Shown here: one piece after another, positions 18,494 to 28,771 of the stretch | How the letters are laid out: the number at the start of each line of letters is the position of its first letter | Position numbering within the stretch: position 1 is the first letter of the stretch | Virus record (IMG/VR): IMGVR_UViG_3300024983_000001 | Location: 64,001-128,000 of that record | Length of the DNA stretch: 64,000 nucleotides | DNA from: a virus | Direction: 5' to 3' (one strand) | Notes under the pieces: generated by a model | Seen by the model: only the letters and a program-made list of their open reading frames with translations | Database searches by the model: none | What the model was told of the DNA's origin: nothing | Program-made: the position numbers and the translations under genes

Positions 18494-18880
18494 TCAGTGT
18501 TCAAGCCACTGCCAGTCTGTTGTGTTATGAAAATTACCATCAAAACAATGTTTAACTTCGTGACCAAGCGTCATCATACTTTCGGGTGTGTCGTCAGAAT
18601 ATACATAACACACATTATCTTTCCACCCATAACACCCCAAGGCTCCTGGAATGGGAAAGATAAAACCAATAACTCTTGAACACACAACTGGAATATCATC
18701 CTCTTTAACACGAATCCACCGTATTATGACGGGTGCATTTTTATCCATTTGTTCTGGTGTTTGTTTACTACCTCTTATAATAAGGTACTTGGAATCAAAA
18801 GAGTCGCAGTCACCTTTACCTGCAAAGATGACTGCGACTATGATGAATACTGTTAGTAATGTTACTTTTACATAATCCAT
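18494..18880 (-). CDS. membrane-anchored zincin-like protein
   Basis: N-terminal TM segment; HEVKHC.DG.FH (HExxH). Confidence 0.6.
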   Translation of the reverse strand: MDYVKVTLLTVFIIVAVIFAGKGDCDSFDSKYLIIRGSKQTPEQMDKNAPVIIRWIRVKEDDIPVVCSRVIGFIFPIPGALGCYGWKDNVCYVYSDDTPESMMTLGHEVKHCFDGNFHNTTDWQWLEH

Positions 18881-18933
18881 GTTGTTCTCCCCACCCCAAA
18901 TACGTATTTAGGGTAAGGGAGAATGATTATGGA

Positions 18934-19494
18934 TTATCGTAGTTTTACAGGACTCGACTCTTTACCAGTTTTGAATGCGTTGTCGGCATAATCGTTGGTA
19001 ATAGCCTTGTACTTTTCGAGGTCGATACGGGGATATCCAGCAAAACGCATCCACATACCCTTCCACACATAACCAAGATTGGTGCTATATGCACGTTTGG
19101 CATCAATCAAGCGAGTTTGAGACATTTTAAATTCATCACGACCAGCTTCAACAATTTGTTGAATTTTGCGATAAAGTTGCGCATCAACAGTAGGGTTCTG
19201 TTCTTTCAGCCACTGAAACGTTGCCTTGCTGCCATCAGCACCATAACGACCACTCAATGCTGCTGTGACCACTTCCTTCAAGTCATCTTTCATCATAGTG
19301 GGGACTTGGGCTGCTTCTTGCACCTTTTGGGTGTATTGAGCAAGGATGTTCTGGTTGTTTTCCCAAATTGCCTTGATCTCATTTTCTGCGGTGTTACCGT
19401 AATTGGCACTGCTAATATATGACGCAACTGCTATAAATATAATTGAGACGATTACACCAACAATCGACATAGTTGTTACGGTTTTTGAATTCAT
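18934..19494 (-). CDS. LemA-like membrane-anchored coiled-coil protein
   Basis: N-terminal TM segment; W.NNQN.L, EQNP, EAGR..F...Q pattern. Confidence 0.65.
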   Translation of the reverse strand: MNSKTVTTMSIVGVIVSIIFIAVASYISSANYGNTAENEIKAIWENNQNILAQYTQKVQEAAQVPTMMKDDLKEVVTAALSGRYGADGSKATFQWLKEQNPTVDAQLYRKIQQIVEAGRDEFKMSQTRLIDAKRAYSTNLGYVWKGMWMRFAGYPRIDLEKYKAITNDYADNAFKTGKESSPVKLR

Positions 19495-19565
19495 TATAAA
19501 TCTCCAAGAGGTTGAAATTAACTACACAATAACTATACAATAACAAAAACAAAGAGTCAACAATC

Positions 19566-20330
19566 GTGCCAAGAAAAAATACAATAAACGATATTCAAAG
19601 TAAGTTAGACACTAAATGGGGTAAGAACAATTATGTGTGTCGCACATACACAAATCTCGATGTTGAGGCATTGTTTTATTGTACGTTACACAATGAAGAA
19701 TTTTTATGTATCCCAAAAAATGCTTTTTGGGGTAAAAACATTTCTCCTGGTTGTAACAAATGTAATCTAAAGAACAAACGACAATCACACGCATTTACAA
19801 CACAGGAGTTTATCTTTCAGGCCAATAAGGTACATTCAAACAAGTACAATTATTCCGACGTTGTTTATATAAATGCGCACACAAAAGTAAAGATTGGTTG
19901 TGAGAAACATGGTCCCTTTTTCCAATTACCAAATAACCACACGTCACACAAGCAAGGATGTCCGGTTTGTAAGTGTTCTAAAGGAGAGACAATCATTGAA
20001 AGTTGGTTGTCGTTGAATAATATTCCATATATCCGTCAAAAAACTTTTAATGGATGTGTCAATAAACGACAATTAAAATTTGATTTCTATATACCATCTC
20101 ACAATCTCTGTATTGAGTTTGATGGTGAGCAACATAGTTTAGTTGGCAAATTCACCAAACACAAAGACAAAGCCCAACAACTATTTGATTATATACAAAG
20201 TAATGATCGCACCAAAAATGATTACTGTAATCAAAATAATATTGGAATGTTACGAATTCCATATACAGAAATTCGTAACATATTCAAAATTCTTGACGAT
20301 CACTTCAATATCTTCCGTAACGACCTCTGA
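19566..20330 (+). mobile_element. free-standing homing endonuclease (Zn-ribbon repeats plus Vsr/PD-(D/E)XK-like domain)
   Basis: H..KY.YS.V.Y.NAHTKV.I.C..HG, GCP.C, FDFYIP...CIEFDGEQH; AT-rich and antisense to flanking genes. Confidence 0.8.
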
Positions 20331-21411
20331 AACGACTACGTTGTGAAATGATGCTGTTACTCGTTAAATCAACATCATAAAACTTAAAGAATACCGATAA
20401 ACCAATACTACCAAAAATAGCAATTGCAATAGCAATGTAGAGTACCCAATCAGGTGGCATAATCTCTTCATCAAGATACTTGAAATCCCGCATATGTTTC
20501 CGCGCAAAAGATTTGGCTACATTACTACCAATAACACTCAATACTTGTTGTTCATTAACTGTTTTCAAGTCCAATAACGCATCACGAAGTTGTACTTTAA
20601 ACAGCTGATTGTCTGTCCAACTAACAACACGAGCCCACTCGATGTTGGGATAATTCGGGGTACCAAGAATTACAACAACATCATTCTTTTTAGCACCTTG
20701 CCATTTACCTTGTAAAGCATACTCGTAGGTTGGGTCATTAACGTTAGTGATTACCACAATAACATTCACTTGTTTTGCCGGACCAAGTTCACGTAACATC
20801 AACGCAAGATCATAATTCCAACGCTTGAGGTCAGGAACATTTACACCAACAGGTAATACACGGTCGAGGTATTGGTAATCATACACTCCAGTTGGATAAG
20901 GAGGAACAGATGATCCCCACTTACTCAACGCCTGTTGGTTGTGATTAAACAGACTTTCAGGAACAGCCTTCACATAGTTAGTAAAGGAGTGTTCGAGAGC
21001 TACTGGCTGGCCAGGCTTAACCGCAGTCCAACGAGGAGGTTCATCAGAACCACGGCGGTCAATACGATTAATGGTAAAATCACCAGCTGTGCTATGTACG
21101 TCCCAATCCCAATCATTGGTGTGTTCGTAACAAATATCACAACTCGTTCCGTTTTTTGTTGAGCGACAGTGACAGGAATAGGAATGTGAGCAAGGAACGC
21201 TGTTTTGTTCTTTACTTGTAACTTGACCATTCCATATTTCCGTATCAGCTGTTTGCGAATTCTTTCCAAGAAACCAAATTGCTGACACAATAATAACAAT
21301 AAGAAACACGTTGAGGAACATTTCCTGCCACGTGACATCAGAGTTCCACAAACGTTTAGCAATCCACGGCCAGATAAGAGGGAAAGCAAGAAGAATTAAA
21401 AAGTTTTCCAT
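20305..21411 (-). CDS. membrane protein with periplasmic TPM-like domain (probable LemA partner)
   Basis: Two N-terminal and one C-terminal TM; Cys cluster; W.GAKKNDVVV; start re-assigned to 21411. Confidence 0.7.
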   Translation of the reverse strand: MENFLILLAFPLIWPWIAKRLWNSDVTWQEMFLNVFLIVIIVSAIWFLGKNSQTADTEIWNGQVTSKEQNSVPCSHSYSCHCRSTKNGTSCDICYEHTNDWDWDVHSTAGDFTINRIDRRGSDEPPRWTAVKPGQPVALEHSFTNYVKAVPESLFNHNQQALSKWGSSVPPYPTGVYDYQYLDRVLPVGVNVPDLKRWNYDLALMLRELGPAKQVNVIVVITNVNDPTYEYALQGKWQGAKKNDVVVILGTPNYPNIEWARVVSWTDNQLFKVQLRDALLDLKTVNEQQVLSVIGSNVAKSFARKHMRDFKYLDEEIMPPDWVLYIAIAIAIFGSIGLSVFFKFYDVDLTSNSIISQRSRFRGRYGRY

Positions 21412-21584
21412 AAGGGGACCTTTAAGTTTAATGAATTCACATTCTACATTATTCTTAATAAAGGTCAACAAATTTGTGTGTTGACATATTTGCAGTTTTG
21501 GTGTAATTATATCAAATATTGTCAATCTCGAAACATTTAAAATGTTCCCATAAATACATACAAAAATTGAGAGGAACATGTAAA

Positions 21585-22301
21585 ATGACGAAACCAATTA
21601 TTGTGGGTGAACGAAGAAACAATCTTGAATTTGTTCACAAATTCAAAGATGGTTCTTACACAAAATATAAATGTTTGTGTTTGGATTGTGGTAGAGATAC
21701 AATAATACATGCTAATAATTTTGGTAAAAACAAAAATTGTGGTTGTACGAAAAAAAACCGTAGCAGAAAGGTGGGTGATGTTAAGAACGGACTTACTATT
21801 ATAGAAAAGTTGTATAAAGGGAACGTTGTTACCAAACTAAAGTGTTATTGTTCACATTGTGGTAACAACGCGGCAATTATTCCATATACTATGTTTGGAA
21901 GACAACAGAGTTGTGGTTGTTTTGATGTAAGAACACATAAAAATCATCCAAACTTTAAAGGATATGAAGGTATCTATAGTGAAATGTGGAAACAGTTACA
22001 TTCCAATGCAACGAAACGAAATTTGGAATTTACCATAACGATCGAATATGCGTGGCAGTTGTTTATAATGCAAAACAAAAAATGTGCATTGAGTGGGATA
22101 GAAATACAAATGTGGCCTGGTTCACATTATTTAGAACGTAGTAAGGGTACCGCCAGCCTGGATAGAATAGATAATAAATTAGGATATGTTGTTGGCAATG
22201 TTCAGTGGGTACACAAAGATGTAAATAGGATGAAATCGGACTTCTTGCAAAGTGAGTTCATAACATGGTGTATAAGGATAGCAAAAAATGAGAATAATTG
22301 A
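21585..22301 (+). mobile_element. HNH-type homing endonuclease
   Basis: C.C..CG...CGC repeats; SLDRIDN..GY..GNVQWVH..VN.MK; GAGG RBS. Confidence 0.8.
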
Positions 22302-23538
22302 AGATGTAAAATTAGATTTTTCAGATGTGTTGTTGTTACCAAAAAGATCCTCTTTAACTTCTCGTAATGAAGTTAATCTGGAACGTGTTTTTAAATTTAA
22401 ACATTCCAATAATATTTTATCCGCGATCGGGATTATCGCCGCCAATATGGACGGCACCGGTACGTTTAGTATGGCAAAAAAATTGGCCGAACAAAAAATG
22501 CTAACATCATTACATAAACACCACGATGTTGATGAATTGGTGCAGTTTTTTACAGCAAATGAAGCCATACTTCCTTATATATTTTATTCAATTGGTGCAA
22601 ATGAGAGAGATGTGAATAAAATGAAACTCACGTATTCAAAATTGGGGTCTACTCCCACGAACATTACCATTGATGTGGCAAACGGATATGCTGAATCCTT
22701 TATACGTTTCGTGAGCGAAATACGTGATTTGTATCCTGATGCAGTAATTATGGCGGGCAATTGTGTTACGCCGGAGCTGGCCGAACAATTAATACTGTCG
22801 GGGGCTGATATAGTAAAGACCGGTATAGGGAGTGGGGGGCAGTGCACAACACGAATTGTTGCAGGTGTAGGTTATCCACAATTATCTGCTGTTATCGAAA
22901 CTTCTGATGCGGTTCATGGGCTTGGTGGACATTTGTGTAGTGACGGTGGATGCGTTGTTCCTGGTGATGTGGCAAAGGCATTTGGTGCTGGCGCGGATTT
23001 TGTAATGTTGGGGAGTATGTTAAGTGGTCATGATGAGTCCGAGGGTGATATTGAAGGTGTAACAATACGCTATGTTGGTACCTCTGTAAACAAGGCGGTT
23101 AATTCCCAGCAAGCAAACTATACTTATTTGGTAAAAAACAGCACATCTGGAATACTAGTGCCGGTTTCTGAGGCAGATATAGATAATCTCTCACGCTGTA
23201 CCAAAACATCAGATTCACTATATCAGAAGTATAAACAGTTGTTCGAAATAACCATTCCTGCTGACCCAAAGATGGTTTTTTATGGAATGAGCTCCAAAAC
23301 AGCACAAGATAAACATAATGGGGGTGTTGCTGATTACCGCGCAAGTGAGGGGCGAACAACATTAGTGCCTTATAAAGGCCCTGTACAAAACACAATGCAG
23401 CAGATTTTGGGTGGTATTAGAAGTGCTTGTACATATTGTGGGGCTAGAACGCTAAAGGAACTACCCAAACGAGCAACCTTTGTGAAAATTAACAGAACCC
23501 ACAACACAGCATTTGAAAATAATACCATATCGTATTAG
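22288..23538 (+). CDS. guaC: GMP reductase with an internal insertion of about 65 aa
   Basis: KLDFSDVLL.PKRSSL.SR, AANMD, IDVANGY, GIG.G..CTTR, FYGMSS, YRASEG. Confidence 0.93.
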   Translation: MRIIEDVKLDFSDVLLLPKRSSLTSRNEVNLERVFKFKHSNNILSAIGIIAANMDGTGTFSMAKKLAEQKMLTSLHKHHDVDELVQFFTANEAILPYIFYSIGANERDVNKMKLTYSKLGSTPTNITIDVANGYAESFIRFVSEIRDLYPDAVIMAGNCVTPELAEQLILSGADIVKTGIGSGGQCTTRIVAGVGYPQLSAVIETSDAVHGLGGHLCSDGGCVVPGDVAKAFGAGADFVMLGSMLSGHDESEGDIEGVTIRYVGTSVNKAVNSQQANYTYLVKNSTSGILVPVSEADIDNLSRCTKTSDSLYQKYKQLFEITIPADPKMVFYGMSSKTAQDKHNGGVADYRASEGRTTLVPYKGPVQNTMQQILGGIRSACTYCGARTLKELPKRATFVKINRTHNTAFENNTISY

Positions 23539-23549
23539 GGTGATAGCAA

Positions 23550-23750
23550 ATGAGTTTGACTCTTAAAGAAATAGTACAAAAACTGCAAGGTGCGTGTCGC
23601 ACAGAGGACGAAATGATAGCATATGAGATTGGTTTTGCTCATGGTTATGATATGAGTCCAAAAGAAACAGAACTAACACCTCATCATATACAAGAAGCGT
23701 ATAATGAAGGATATGAACGAGGATACAGCAAAGGTGGTCCTCATATTTAA
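23550..23750 (+). CDS. hypothetical protein
   Basis: ORF within operon. Confidence 0.55.
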   Translation: MSLTLKEIVQKLQGACRTEDEMIAYEIGFAHGYDMSPKETELTPHHIQEAYNEGYERGYSKGGPHI

Positions 23751-23761
23751 AGGAGTGAAAT

Positions 23762-24088
23762 GTGGCGACAATAGAAAGAGTGTTGATAATTGATTTCTTG
23801 GATTTGCCAAGAGAACAACAGGAAGAAATTCAAGGCTTTGAAGCATTTGGTAATGATAGGGTTTTGAATTATACATCAGAGATGGCACCTACAGGAAATG
23901 AATTATGGTCCGATATTCTATCCCATCAGGCGATTGAGTCGTATTGGGAAGATCAATCAGCAACTAATAACTATAAAGGCACTCTACCCGAGTTCATTGT
24001 AGATTACGGGTTAACATTTGATGTTTGGTTGTTGGCTCAAGATTTTGATCTTGCTGTAACAAAAATACTTGTACAAATTTGTTGGTAA
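23762..24088 (+). CDS. hypothetical protein
   Basis: AAGGAG RBS. Confidence 0.6.
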   Translation: MATIERVLIIDFLDLPREQQEEIQGFEAFGNDRVLNYTSEMAPTGNELWSDILSHQAIESYWEDQSATNNYKGTLPEFIVDYGLTFDVWLLAQDFDLAVTKILVQICW

Positions 24089-24089
24089 T

Positions 24090-24114
24090 AAAAAGGGGCC
24101 ATTGGCCCCTTTTT
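24090..24114. terminator. bidirectional terminator
   Basis: aaaaggggcc-att-ggcccctttt between convergent genes. Confidence 0.85.
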
Positions 24115-24580
24115 AACTTCTATACTTGATTCCTTCTTTCTTCTTAATCAATCCATATGCAGCTTTAACAACACCCTTATGTAAGGGACGGCCGGTTGCA
24201 ACATATTCATCAATGGTCATCCATTTAGTAGCACCAGTTTCAAAATGTGGATCTCCAAAATCATCAGGGTTTGCGATTTTACACACATAGAAGAAATTCT
24301 TTTTAAGAAACTCTCCCAAATACCACAACTTCATGATGTTGCTCTCACGAAGCCCCAATTCTTCACTACCTTCACGCAATGCTGCTTCCTTTGCATTTTC
24401 ACCTGGATCAATTCTTCCTTTACAGCACTGGAAATCGGCGCCGCCGAAGCGTGGGTCCGACGGCAGCATAAAGTACATTTGGACTTCACCATCCTTGATG
24501 TAGTACGGAATTATGCCTGCTCTTGATATGCCATCTGATAAGAATCTAGATTGTTCATTTATGATATCATCTACTTTCAT
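24113..24580 (-). CDS. late Nudix hydrolase with a capsid-targeting-like N-terminus
   Basis: KGRIDPGENAKEAALREGSEELGL; late promoter at 24606; MKVDDIINE. Confidence 0.85.
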   Translation of the reverse strand: MKVDDIINEQSRFLSDGISRAGIIPYYIKDGEVQMYFMLPSDPRFGGADFQCCKGRIDPGENAKEAALREGSEELGLRESNIMKLWYLGEFLKKNFFYVCKIANPDDFGDPHFETGATKWMTIDEYVATGRPLHKGVVKAAYGLIKKKEGIKYRS

Positions 24581-24678
24581 GTTATTCTCTTATAATCGTT
24601 TAAGATATTTATACAAGTGTATCTTACACTTTAACCGAAGTTATATCAACATGATTGTTTAGCATCGTAAAGGATACG

Positions 24679-24924
24679 TTATAAAGCCAATTCAGCCTTT
24701 CTTAAAGGGCGTCTAATTGTGTAGGTTACGCCTCTGTTGTATTTTTCATTCCATTCACCAAATGCTTTGACGGCTGGTTTTTTCAAATCACTCGTAGCAA
24801 AGATTTTTTGTTTATCACCTGTTGTTGTATGAGTTACAGCACCCATGGCTTTAACAGCACGAGACCATTCACTAAAGTCATCGTATTCTTTTGCAACACC
24901 CTCAAATAGTTCGTCAAGTTTCAT
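24679..24924 (-). CDS. putative internal head protein
   Basis: N-terminus MKLDELFE. Confidence 0.6.
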   Translation of the reverse strand: MKLDELFEGVAKEYDDFSEWSRAVKAMGAVTHTTTGDKQKIFATSDLKKPAVKAFGEWNEKYNRGVTYTIRRPLRKAELAL

Positions 24925-24926
24925 AC

Positions 24927-25499
24927 TTATGCTCCATCCAATTCGTTAGCAATGTCTAATTCATATGCACGATTCTTCCAACCACGCGCAAACACTGCAA
25001 GTTTAGGATTGTTTGCAATCAATCTTTGATAAAAACCATATTGTTCATCACAAATGTTGTTTAACAACAACTGCTCTGTATCATCAGTACAAGCATTAAG
25101 TGTGTGAATGGAAGCAGGACCCAACACTCCATCAACCGTTAAACGTAGGCTAAAAGCCTTATTTAGTGCAGTTTGTGTGATAATATGTGCACGCTTAGCA
25201 CCCATGTTAACGGACATATCAAATATTTTAGTGGCCACAGTTTGGTCGTCAATGTTTCCATAATGAAATTTATCCCACCAAAAGGTTTGGTACACCTTTT
25301 TGGCATCATCAATGGTCATGTTTTTGATATCTTCAGCATCAACATCCCCATCCCCATCAAAATCACCAACTTCGGGATGATCTACAAGAAATCTCAAACT
25401 CACCCCGTAGTTGGTAGCACCTCCTGGATCATTAGGATTATTAACCCAACCACCCTCTTGTTTTAAAATAAATGGTATTGCTTTATCAAACGTAGCCAT
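24927..25499 (-). CDS. glycoside hydrolase family 108 endolysin with peptidoglycan-binding domain
   Basis: EGGW.N.PNDPGGATNYGV; DG..GP; F.RGW.NR. Confidence 0.92.
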   Translation of the reverse strand: MATFDKAIPFILKQEGGWVNNPNDPGGATNYGVSLRFLVDHPEVGDFDGDGDVDAEDIKNMTIDDAKKVYQTFWWDKFHYGNIDDQTVATKIFDMSVNMGAKRAHIITQTALNKAFSLRLTVDGVLGPASIHTLNACTDDTEQLLLNNICDEQYGFYQRLIANNPKLAVFARGWKNRAYELDIANELDGA

Positions 25500-25546
25500 A
25501 ATAATATCTCCTATAATATGAACTATTTATATGACACCAATGATTA

Positions 25547-25574
25547 AAAAAGCCATCTCGAAAGATGGCTTTTC
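25547..25574 (-). terminator. intrinsic terminator
   Basis: aaaagccatct-cgaa-agatggcttt. Confidence 0.8.
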
Positions 25575-25589
25575 TTTTCTGGGCTAATA

Positions 25590-26264
25590 TTACTTAGCTT
25601 TAACTTGAGAGAACTTTTTGCCCACTACCTTTGCAGATTTAACAGCACCTCTCATTTTTGCAACATAAGCTTTTGCAGAAATTGCATCTTTAAACACCTC
25701 GATGTTCTTAACAGGTACCTTTTCTGTGAAACATTCGGTAATAACCAAATACACATCAGCATCCTGTTCACCTTCAACAACGATTTCGTGGGAAGGAACA
25801 CCAGCGATTTGACGATACTGCTCAAGAGACTCTTCAACTTCCTTGGAAGCTTTCTTAACAGCCTTCTTCTCTTCTTTTTTGTCTTCTTTGTCAATTTTTG
25901 CCTCTTCGCTCTTGCTTAATTTAGTTCCCATTTTAGCAAGTTCTTTTTCGGCAGGTGAAAGATCATCTTCATCTTCATAAGCCTCAACAATAGTGTCGAT
26001 TTCTTCATCCGAATATTCAACACCTTCGTGTGCCATCTTTTTCCACATAACGGAAGCAGCTACCTTTTCACCAGCTTCTTTAGAACCATATCGTTTTGTT
26101 GCTTTGGCAGCAATTTTTGCAAAATTTTTACCTTTACCACCAATGTCTTCACCTTTTTTTGCAGCTTTGACGACAGTGGATTTTTCACCTTTGGACATCC
26201 CAGCTGATGGTGCAGCTTCTTCAACCGTAATGCCTGCAATTCTTCTAATTTCGTTCAAGTCCAT
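25590..26264 (-). CDS. Lys/Glu-rich putative internal/prohead core protein
   Basis: RRIAGI and RQIAGV repeats; late-type promoter at 26300. Confidence 0.7.
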   Translation of the reverse strand: MDLNEIRRIAGITVEEAAPSAGMSKGEKSTVVKAAKKGEDIGGKGKNFAKIAAKATKRYGSKEAGEKVAASVMWKKMAHEGVEYSDEEIDTIVEAYEDEDDLSPAEKELAKMGTKLSKSEEAKIDKEDKKEEKKAVKKASKEVEESLEQYRQIAGVPSHEIVVEGEQDADVYLVITECFTEKVPVKNIEVFKDAISAKAYVAKMRGAVKSAKVVGKKFSQVKAK

Positions 26265-26375
26265 GTTATATCTCCTTTGATAATGATGACCAATAAATGT
26301 ATTTATCGTGTAGGCGACAACGAGTTGCGATTTCGTATAAATAATTTATGAATCATTCACCAAAGGACTATAAAC

Positions 26376-28700
26376 ATGCCACCACTTATTGTATTGCAAC
26401 CATATATCCAAGCACAACAAACGTACCTATCACAACACAGCTTGCGCTTTAACAGTAATGATCTTTCTTATATGTCAAGAGCATTTGCTCCAAGCGGAAC
26501 AACTGCTACGTTTTCTTTTTGGATTAAACGCTCTGCACTTGGTACCACACAATCACCATTTGGTTGGTCAAATGGCTCAACTGTGTCTTTTAATATCCTG
26601 TTTAACACAAGTGACCAATTAGACCTTGCTAGTTATTCATCTGCGTACAACGCAAGAAAATTAACCAATCGAGTTTTTCGTGACGTTTCCAGTTGGTATC
26701 ACATCGTTTGTGTAGTTGATACAACTAATGCAACGGCAGCAGACCGAATGAGGGTATATGTAAATGGTGTAAGAGAAACCTCCTTTTCTGCCTCCGTTGA
26801 CCCATCACAAAATCTATCAACAGCTTTATCGTCAAACGTAACTTGGGGTATTGGTGGAACAACTGGTGTAAACATCAATTATATAAATGGATACTTGTCA
26901 GAGTTTAACTTCATCGACGGTCAAGCTTTGACGCCATCAAATTTTGGCGTAACCGATTTTGCAACTGGACAGTGGAAGCCCATAACATACACAGGTACTT
27001 ACGGCACCAGTGGTTTCTATCTACCATTTAATGATGGTACGTCAACAACCACACTTGGTTACGACAGAAGTGGTAATGCTAATAATTGGACATTGACAAA
27101 CTTCAGTATTGTCCCTGGCGTCAATAACGACTGGTATCAAGACACACCAACAAATAATTTTTGTACACTGAATCCTCTGCAACAGGGAACATACGCCCCA
27201 ACTATCAGCAATGGTGGTCTAAACGCTTCGGGTACATACGGCCAAGCTAATGCGACAATGGCTGTTAGTACAGGCAAGTGGTATTTTGAATATGTAGCGA
27301 CAAGTATTGGAGCTCAACTCGCGGGTGTTGGTATTGAGGCAGGACCTGTAACTAGCCCAAATATTCAAAGCTCTGTTGCTTATAGCTACACGAATAACGG
27401 TAATAAGTTTGTTCGTGCTTCAAACACCACATATGGTGCAACTTGGACAACCAACGACATCATTGGAGTTGCTTTTGATTTGGATAACCATACAATTGAG
27501 TTCTTTAAGAATGGTGTATCACAAGGCGTTGCTGCTTCCGACATTACCACCGGATTGTATTATTCACCAACAACTGGTGCTGGGGGCACCGCTGGCACTA
27601 ATGTGTTCTATATAAACTTCGGTCAACGTGCATTTGTGTATACCCCACCAACAGGATTTAAACCGTTGTGTACAAGTAACCTTTCTACACCAACAATTGT
27701 ACAAGGTAATATTCACTTTGATGTTAAGACGTACGTTGGTAACGGAACATCAAATTCAGTAACTGGGTTAAACTTTCAACCGGATCTTGTATGGGGTAAG
27801 TCAAGAAGCTTTGTTCAATCTAACGGTTTGTATGATTCAGTAAGAGGTGTACAAAAAGCCTTATATTCAGATTTGAATTACGCCGAAACGACAGATGTTA
27901 ATGCTTTAACAAGTTTCAATACCGATGGCTTTTCACTGGGTAGTTCAGCTAGCCTTAACCAAAACAGCTCAACATATGTTACGTGGAATTGGAAAGCTGG
28001 CGGAGCGGCAGTAACTAATACAGATGGTGCTATAACATCTCAGGTTAGCGCAAACACAACTGCGGGGTTTTCTATTGTTACATTTACAGGTAATGGTGCC
28101 ACCAGTACCTCAGTCGGCCATGGCCTGGGCGCCGCACCAAAACTATATATGATCGCACCAAGAAGTACAACGGGTGGTTTTGCTATGGTACACACACTTG
28201 TGGATGGAACTGTGGATTATATGTTTTTAAACTCGCCAAATGCCAACGGAAACGCTACACAAACTGTTCCAACATCAACAACATTCAATGTTCGTGCGGA
28301 TGCTGCTGAGAATGCAACAGGTAGACTTAACGTGGTTTACTGTTTCGCAGAAGTTGCTGGTTTTTCTAAGTTTGGTAAATACACCGGTAATGGTAATGCT
28401 AATGGACCATTTATTTACTGTGGATTTAAACCAAAATACTTACTGGTGAAAAGAGCGGACGCGTCTGCGCACTGGTACGTAACTGATGGCGGTCGCGATA
28501 CCATCAACGAAGTTCAGACATTCTTATATCCAAGTTTGTCCAACGCTGAATCTATTGGTACGGCTGGCTCATACAGGGAAGACTTCCTATCCAATGGATT
28601 TAAAGTAAGAGGTACTGGTGCTGATATTAACGCATCGGGGGGTACATACATCTTCATGGCCTTTGCAGAAAGCCCGTTTGTGTATAGTAATGCAAGATAA
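26376..28700 (+). CDS. LamG/SPRY-domain tail fibre or adhesin
   Basis: FRDVSSWYHIV, GKWYFE, IGVAFDLD, NFGQR.F...PPTGF, FQPDLVW, AGFSIV. Confidence 0.88.
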   Translation: MPPLIVLQPYIQAQQTYLSQHSLRFNSNDLSYMSRAFAPSGTTATFSFWIKRSALGTTQSPFGWSNGSTVSFNILFNTSDQLDLASYSSAYNARKLTNRVFRDVSSWYHIVCVVDTTNATAADRMRVYVNGVRETSFSASVDPSQNLSTALSSNVTWGIGGTTGVNINYINGYLSEFNFIDGQALTPSNFGVTDFATGQWKPITYTGTYGTSGFYLPFNDGTSTTTLGYDRSGNANNWTLTNFSIVPGVNNDWYQDTPTNNFCTLNPLQQGTYAPTISNGGLNASGTYGQANATMAVSTGKWYFEYVATSIGAQLAGVGIEAGPVTSPNIQSSVAYSYTNNGNKFVRASNTTYGATWTTNDIIGVAFDLDNHTIEFFKNGVSQGVAASDITTGLYYSPTTGAGGTAGTNVFYINFGQRAFVYTPPTGFKPLCTSNLSTPTIVQGNIHFDVKTYVGNGTSNSVTGLNFQPDLVWGKSRSFVQSNGLYDSVRGVQKALYSDLNYAETTDVNALTSFNTDGFSLGSSASLNQNSSTYVTWNWKAGGAAVTNTDGAITSQVSANTTAGFSIVTFTGNGATSTSVGHGLGAAPKLYMIAPRSTTGGFAMVHTLVDGTVDYMFLNSPNANGNATQTVPTSTTFNVRADAAENATGRLNVVYCFAEVAGFSKFGKYTGNGNANGPFIYCGFKPKYLLVKRADASAHWYVTDGGRDTINEVQTFLYPSLSNAESIGTAGSYREDFLSNGFKVRGTGADINASGGTYIFMAFAESPFVYSNAR

Positions 28701-28771
28701 ATCGTTTTAAAGAAACGCGCCGCCCCTTTGTGATATATACGATATAACATATATTACAAAGGAGTGAGTAC

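Noticed and set aside
23053-23268. Intein or intron in guaC
   Set aside because: No Cys/Ser start with His-Asn end, too short, and the frame is uninterrupted.
26376-28700. Diversity-generating retroelement target
   Set aside because: No reverse transcriptase and no TR/VR repeat pair noticed in the window.
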